Of a stretch of 64,000 nucleotides of DNA, positions 58,051 through 64,000 are shown piece by piece. Positions within the stretch are counted from its first letter, which is position 1; every line of letters starts with the position of its first letter. This stretch comes from Chrysomallon squamiferum (taxonomy: Eukaryota > Animalia > Mollusca): NCBI GenBank assembly GCA_012295275.1, contig CM022665.1:15934001-15998000 (forward strand). The letters run 5' to 3'. The position numbers and the translations under genes were made by a program. The notes beneath the pieces were generated by a model. It was not told the DNA's origin. It worked only from the letters and a program-made list of their open reading frames with translations, and did not search any database.

Positions 58051-58544
58051 TCACTGATACTTCTTCTTTTTTACATGCTTTTGGTTGCCCTCATCTTTCT
58101 CACACACCTTATGTCGCTTGCCTCTAATTCTCTGAGAAGAGCACGAAGATCTGACAACTTTTTCTATCACAGCTTTGTTGCCACCAATCACGCCATCATT
58201 TGCCATGCTGTTAATTCTAGTAACCAACATATCAAGAGTTTTCTCATATTTATCCAGTCGTGTGTTGTGTTCACCTAACGTAACAGCCTGTTCTTGGATC
58301 TTCTTTTCCTGTTCTGCTATAATATTTGCTTGATCCTGTTTCTTTTTTTCTTGTTCTGCAATCAGTTTCTTCTGCTCCATTAATTTGCTTTTGTGCTCTG
58401 CGAGTTCCTTTTTGCATGCCTGAAGACATGAATTCTGGCCTCTTATCTGCTGTTGTAATCGGATCAACTCCTGTCGGAAAGTGGGGAAATGTACAACTCG
58501 CATTTTGGAAAGTGGAGAAACAGGAATATCGGTTATTACACCAT
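58051..58544 (-). CDS. FBXO28: FBXO28 last coding exon
   Basis: tttcag|at ggt gta ... KKKKYQ TGA; coiled-coil heptads. Confidence 0.88.
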
Positions 58545-61500
58545 CTGAAATAAAAACGTATAAAACAAATTTGTTTACAGTAACAATAAAATGCAACAAA
58601 CTCTTCCTGAAATTATATTTTATTCATGGTAATTTGATTTTTCATTAACAACACCTTTTAGTCTGAATAACCACTGGCAGAGAATAGCTCAGATGTGCAT
58701 TTGGATGGGTATTGCTGGTTCTCCACAGAGAACTACATGGTTGGCAAAAATTACAGCTAGTATATTCACTCAGTAATAATTTTGATTCCTATATTTACAT
58801 CAATCATTTTCCAGTTCACTGGTACCATAAAAAGTACCTTGTAGTCCTGCATATACACAATGTAAGAAGAAACCCAAGATGTCAAGCATAAATCAATGAA
58901 CCAGAAATCTTGAGACATCTTTGAATCAACCTGAATCATTGTGTAATGGTCACCTAATTAACACGTGACAGTTCTGCAGCTACAGTAATGATACCTGATA
59001 TGACAGAGGATCTCACTGTTATAAGACCAATCTCTGGTGAAGAACCAACAATATCCATACAAATGTCTGTCTGAGTTGTTGTCTACCAGAGGATACTTGA
59101 GCTACCATACCTACTGTTATGCTGAAGAAGAAAAAAACAACCAAAAAACAAAGTTGCTTAGGGTGGCTCACAAAAATAATTTATTACCTGCATTTGTAGG
59201 AATATATTGCGGTCCAAAATTTAGACCTCCTGGAGGTACTTTCTGTTTAAACCAAGGAACAATGTGTTCTTCAAAGTGTTCCATAGCCATGGATGAAATA
59301 TCTCGGAGTTCCTGTAGAAATTCGTGGGCTCTTGGTGGCTGGCCTTTTGTCTGCTGTAGTATTCGCAGCAGGCGAAACAGCTCATCCATAACCTGAAATA
59401 AAAAAAATAATAAACTGAATGAAATATATATTTATTTATCCAAAAGATACATATTCAGAAAAATACATATAAAGCTTAAAATGTTGATAAAGCAACTGCA
59501 TTTAAAATTCTAAATTGTTTAAATTTTAAATCTAAATAATTACAGCTGAAAAATAAGCATATAAATTAATCTAATCCATGCAACAATATCAGGTTTTTAA
59601 CCATTTTTTTTTTATCCCTTTTTTTTAAATTATTGCTTGCAGCTTGTTTTTTGAAACTCAGGCTTCTACTTACATAGGTTTGTTAACTCTGATCTTTACT
59701 GTACATATCATTCTGAGTCAGTTATCATCTGCATCTCAATTAATTTAATTTGTATACAAGTTTAAAAGAACTGTGTTTTTTGCAAACCTTTGATCAAAAC
59801 AGAAAAATAATGTATTTTTGCAGCTATTCATATGGATGGTTACATGAATTATTAAAAAATATAATTTGAAGGAAATAATGGAAATCTGCTGGCCGATGAC
59901 AAAATGTGTTCATGTGAACATTTAACAATTCAACTGATGCATTTTAAAAAATGATATAAAAAAAAGAAGTACAATAGGGTGACTATTTCTCCCATGTCAT
60001 GCCCTCATGTATACATGGCAATATTAAGCCTATATTTAAAGGGTCATGCAATGTTTAATATAATTGAAAATATATATATGTTTTTAAACTGGACAAATTT
60101 CTAATTTTGTCAGATTCTTATTATTTCATCCACTGCTTGGTTCTGTCATGAATAAGTGCAATATACACCCTTAAAATAAAAACTTTGTAACATCTCTGTG
60201 ATTTTGTTTCCTTTGTTTACAGTCAGTCAGGAAAAACCCTTTGCTTATCTGCCACCATTGCTTACAAAATTTGATCAGTTGTTTCATTACTATTTCAGAT
60301 AAATTTACACACATAAAATGTCTGATTCTAAGCAACAACTTGCAGTTAATTTCAGGAAAGGTTTGGAACATACAATGTGCTTGGGAGGCACTGAGAAAAA
60401 AAACTGACCAGTAATATCGTCTACCTAACAGAATGTATTGAAATTGTTTGATGTCGTTCATAACACTATTTCCCTTGTTATAACAGAGAAATACTGATAA
60501 AAAAACAAGCAAAGAAATATTATTTGATAAAATAGTTATTTGTTGTTTTTGATTTTGTAAGAACATTTTAAAAACTGTCAAAAATATCTAAATAGAAAAA
60601 CAACATACAGTCTGTTGTAACATGCATATGCATTTTAGCTATTTACATGTAAAATTTTATTGCATGAAACCAACCCAATATGGTCCCTTTGCGAGTTTGG
60701 TATGGGTTTTGTAAAATCTCTTTTATAAAGCATAACTGACACTGTGTCAAACTTTCAACCAATTCTGATAACATTTATAGATTTCACTATTGTATGTCCC
60801 CTTAATCATAGTTAATGGATTATAATTTTAAAAATCAAAAAGTATTTTTGAAATATGACATTTTACATTAGTAATTTCTTTTACATGTTGTAATTCAAAA
60901 TCATTTTCTAACACTTGTTAGAAATAACAATTCGAAGGAAAAAAAAAATAATAATAAAAATTCTAATACTTAATAGTTTATACCTTTCCTGGAATGAAGC
61001 AGCACAGTTCCAAATCTATGTATTTTGTATATGTCATTGACAACAGTGACAGTCTAGTCTCAAGAGCTGACAAAATGTCCACATGACGAGAGAGTGCATG
61101 GCTTCGTCTCTCCGATTCTCGCCGTGGTAGTTTGCTTTTCACTTGTTTCTGAATTTGTGCATGGAATTTATCAACCTTAGCAAAGCCGTGAGTTAAAAGC
61201 TGTTGGCAAATTCTATTGAAATCCCGACATACCTACAATGAATAGCATATTAAAAATAAATAACAATTTAAACAAAGTAGATAACGACTGAAAATATATC
61301 TCTTGTTCTTGTTCTTTTCTTTTTTTTCTTGTTTTTTAAATCATAAAATATCGGTTTTAATTTGAATTTCGTACATCTTCCTGGTTCTATATAAATCTTT
61401 AAAAAAATGTATACTTACTCGCCGATTTTCACTAATTTCATGATACGACAAAAAAGATAAAATATGTTCGAGTATATGTTCTGGCATGTACAGTAAACCT

Positions 61501-61604
61501 GAAGTCTGTTTGCTACTGTTCTCTGTGTAATTCCTCGACGATCCTGGAATCGCACCATCTCTGACGTTCGCCATAACTAATTGATTGTTATCACTTTCCT
61601 CCAT
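58051..61604 (-). CDS. FBXO28: F-box only protein 28: join(61604-61419,61232-60984,59392-59188,58544-58051), 377 aa
   Basis: F-box LLYMPEHILEHILSFLSYHEISENRRVCRDFN; family motifs LPRRESERRSHALSRHVDILSALETRLSLLSMTY...CCFIPGKVMDE...RAHEFLQELRDISSMAMEHFEEHIVP; C-terminal coiled coil and basic tail; all introns GT-AG and in phase. Confidence 0.94.
59188..59392 (-). CDS. FBXO28: FBXO28 exon 3
   Basis: tttcag|gtt atg gat gag ... aat gca g|gtaata. Confidence 0.92.
60040..60801. mobile_element. Possible Kolobok-like non-autonomous element in FBXO28 intron 2
   Basis: TTAA at both ends; degenerate TIRs agggtcatgcaa / ggggacatacaa (9/12). Confidence 0.4.
60984..61232 (-). CDS. FBXO28: FBXO28 exon 2
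   Basis: tgtag|gta tgt cgg ... cca gga aag|gtataa. Confidence 0.94.
61419..61604 (-). CDS. FBXO28: FBXO28 exon 1
   Basis: ATG at 61604; ends cgg cga|gtaagt. Confidence 0.88.
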
Positions 61605-61769
61605 TCGCCACAGAGCATCATAGTCTTTTCCTAACAGCAGAAAACGTTTTAATAATCCAGTACAACCTTTCTCTACATTTTTATTCTGGTGGAACCATTG
61701 AAATAATTTAAAGTCTTAGGCAGCAATCGCCTGAACTTGAAGTTAAGACAAACCCCAACAACAAAAGCA

Positions 61770-61803
<34 letters not shown>

Positions 61804-61826
61804 TATATTTTTTTTTTTATTTAAAC

Positions 61827-61880
<54 letters not shown>

Positions 61881-62120
61881 TTTTTAATATTTATTTATTT
61901 ACTGTTATTATTTTAATTAAACACATTCTCTTAAACAACGCATAACCTCGGTTGAAGAAGCTACATATTCAACTGACAAATACATAAGATATACATTTTA
62001 TATTTTTCAGGTTCCTCAAAAAAAAACAAACAAAAAAAACCAACAACAAATATTACAAATAAAAATTAAAAAAATTAAAAAAATTAAAATAACTAAAATA
62101 AAAATAAAAATAAATAAATA

Positions 62121-62166
<46 letters not shown>

Positions 62167-63607
62167 GGTGTGTATATATATAATGTATTTATTTATTTGT
62201 TTGTTTGTTTTATTTATTTTAATATTTATTTTTATTTACATTTTTTTTTTTTTTTTATTTTATTTATTTATTTATTTATTTAATTATTTTTCTTTTTTTT
62301 TTTTTCTTTGAGGAATCTGCTGTCGTATTTTTGCCATCATCGTCGTCGTCAGCCTCCTCCTCTTCATCATCATCATACTTATTATCACTACCATCATCAA
62401 CGTCATCATTATCATCATCATCATCATCATGTTGTTTTCTAATGTTGTTATGTATTACTGAAGATATGGTCCTGCAGTAAATTTTGCATTAACTGTTCAA
62501 ACCATTTTTGTTATATTTCACTTTAACCAGGGATAAATTATACCAGTGATACAAGTCTCTATTTATCCATGAAATATTTTTATTAATTTATTAATATATC
62601 GTCTTCTTATTATCATCATCATCATCATCATCATTCATCATCATCATTCATTCAGTCAGTCATATGCCAGATAAAATAAAAATATTATTTTTGGGATAAA
62701 CATAGCTGAAATAATTTTGGTACGATGTTTATAAATTTGAAGTTATTTTTTCTTCAAAATTCAGTGCAGGTATATTATTGTTATTAATTCTATTAAACAA
62801 CAAAAAATTAAGCAAATGCAAATTTACACGACTTTTTATGAAAAGCAACACTTCAAGCCAATTTAGAAAATTTTATTCATTTTGTAAAAGTAAACTGTAC
62901 AAAAGACTAACAAAATCAAATATTGAATTGTTAATCCATTGAAATAATAAGTTTGAACATATTTGAGCTTATCTTTGAAATAATGGGTAACAATATAAAT
63001 AAACGTTATTATTATTTTTACATTTAATAACATTATTTATGAAAACTGACAACAAAAATATTTACAAACAAAATATGAATATATATACAGATAGATAGAT
63101 AGATAGATAGATAGAGAGATAGATAGATAGATAGAAAGATGTTAATAATAATGAAATAAAGTAAAATTAGTGAAATACTAAACTAATAATTAAATAATAA
63201 TACTATCATCAAATAATTAATTAATACTAAGTTAGTATTAACAATTGTATAAGCAGGTTAATCAATTACGTTAATAAATTATATGAAACGATTTCAGTCC
63301 AAATTATGTATATATATCTATGGATGCATATATGTATATGTTTGTATGTATATATATGTATGTATGTACGTATATCTGTATATGCTTGTAAATATGTATA
63401 TATGTATGAATATTTGTATGTACCTGAGCGGATGTATCTATGAATATATGCATGCATGTATGTATGTACGTATGTATGTATCTATGTACGTATGTAATTT
63501 AGTGTGTATGTATATATCTTAAAGTAGCTGATACAGTTTTAACATAATATACTACATGTATGATATAAACATACATGGAAGGGGATATACATATAGATAA
63601 TTTGTAT

Positions 63608-63692
63608 CTACAGTGCAGTATCTTCACTGTTTCTGGATTGACTTCTACTCAAAGTCTGTGATTGGGAGAAGTTTAAATATTTTGATACCGTG
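63608..63692 (-). CDS. Probable terminal coding exon of a minus-strand gene extending beyond the window
   Basis: Acceptor ttttaatttatttttcag|, then non-repetitive TVSKYLNFSQSQTLSRSQSRNSEDTAL* ending in a class I PDZ-binding-like motif (T-x-L). Confidence 0.42.
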
Positions 63693-63732
63693 CTGAAAAA
63701 TAAATTAAAATAATAAATAAATGAGTTGTATA

Positions 63733-63817
<85 letters not shown>

Positions 63818-63895
63818 ACAGTTGCTGCTGCTGCGGCTGCTACTACAACTATTACAAATAATACTAATAACAATAACAACAATAATAATTATAGA

Positions 63896-63943
<48 letters not shown>

Positions 63944-64000
63944 TCTGCCATATAAGTCTGTGAATAGAAAAAACATATCGAAACCTATTTAAATACCTAC

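Overview
This is AT-rich eukaryotic (animal) genomic DNA dense in microsatellites. The gene sequences and repeat style suggest an invertebrate, probably a mollusc-like lophotrochozoan (inference). Almost all ORFs in the supplied track are microsatellite artefacts, so the genes were reconstructed by hand from splice sites. (1) A complete nuclear receptor NR2E1/tailless/TLX gene lies on + (8 coding exons, 6475-23907, about 377 aa; exon 1 is less certain). It includes a 19-nt microexon inside the P-box and sits in a ~45-kb gene-poor region dotted with enhancer-like islands. (2) A tandem pair of 3-exon genes on - encodes secreted two-PAN/apple-domain proteins (45345-47231 and 49770-51141), separated by a decayed SCAND3/KRBA2-type integrase. 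(3) ISCA2 on + (about 53536-55065) converges on (4) FBXO28 on - (58051-61604). (5) A probable last exon of another minus-strand gene lies near 63.6 kb. Several MITEs are present. The most unusual observations are: a ~140-bp near-perfect inverted repeat bracketing the TLX start-codon exon, with a pre-miRNA-like hairpin near its centre; the frame-shifting P-box microexon; a hypervariable patch and reciprocal lesions in the PAN gene pair; and three degenerate motif arrays downstream of the TLX stop.
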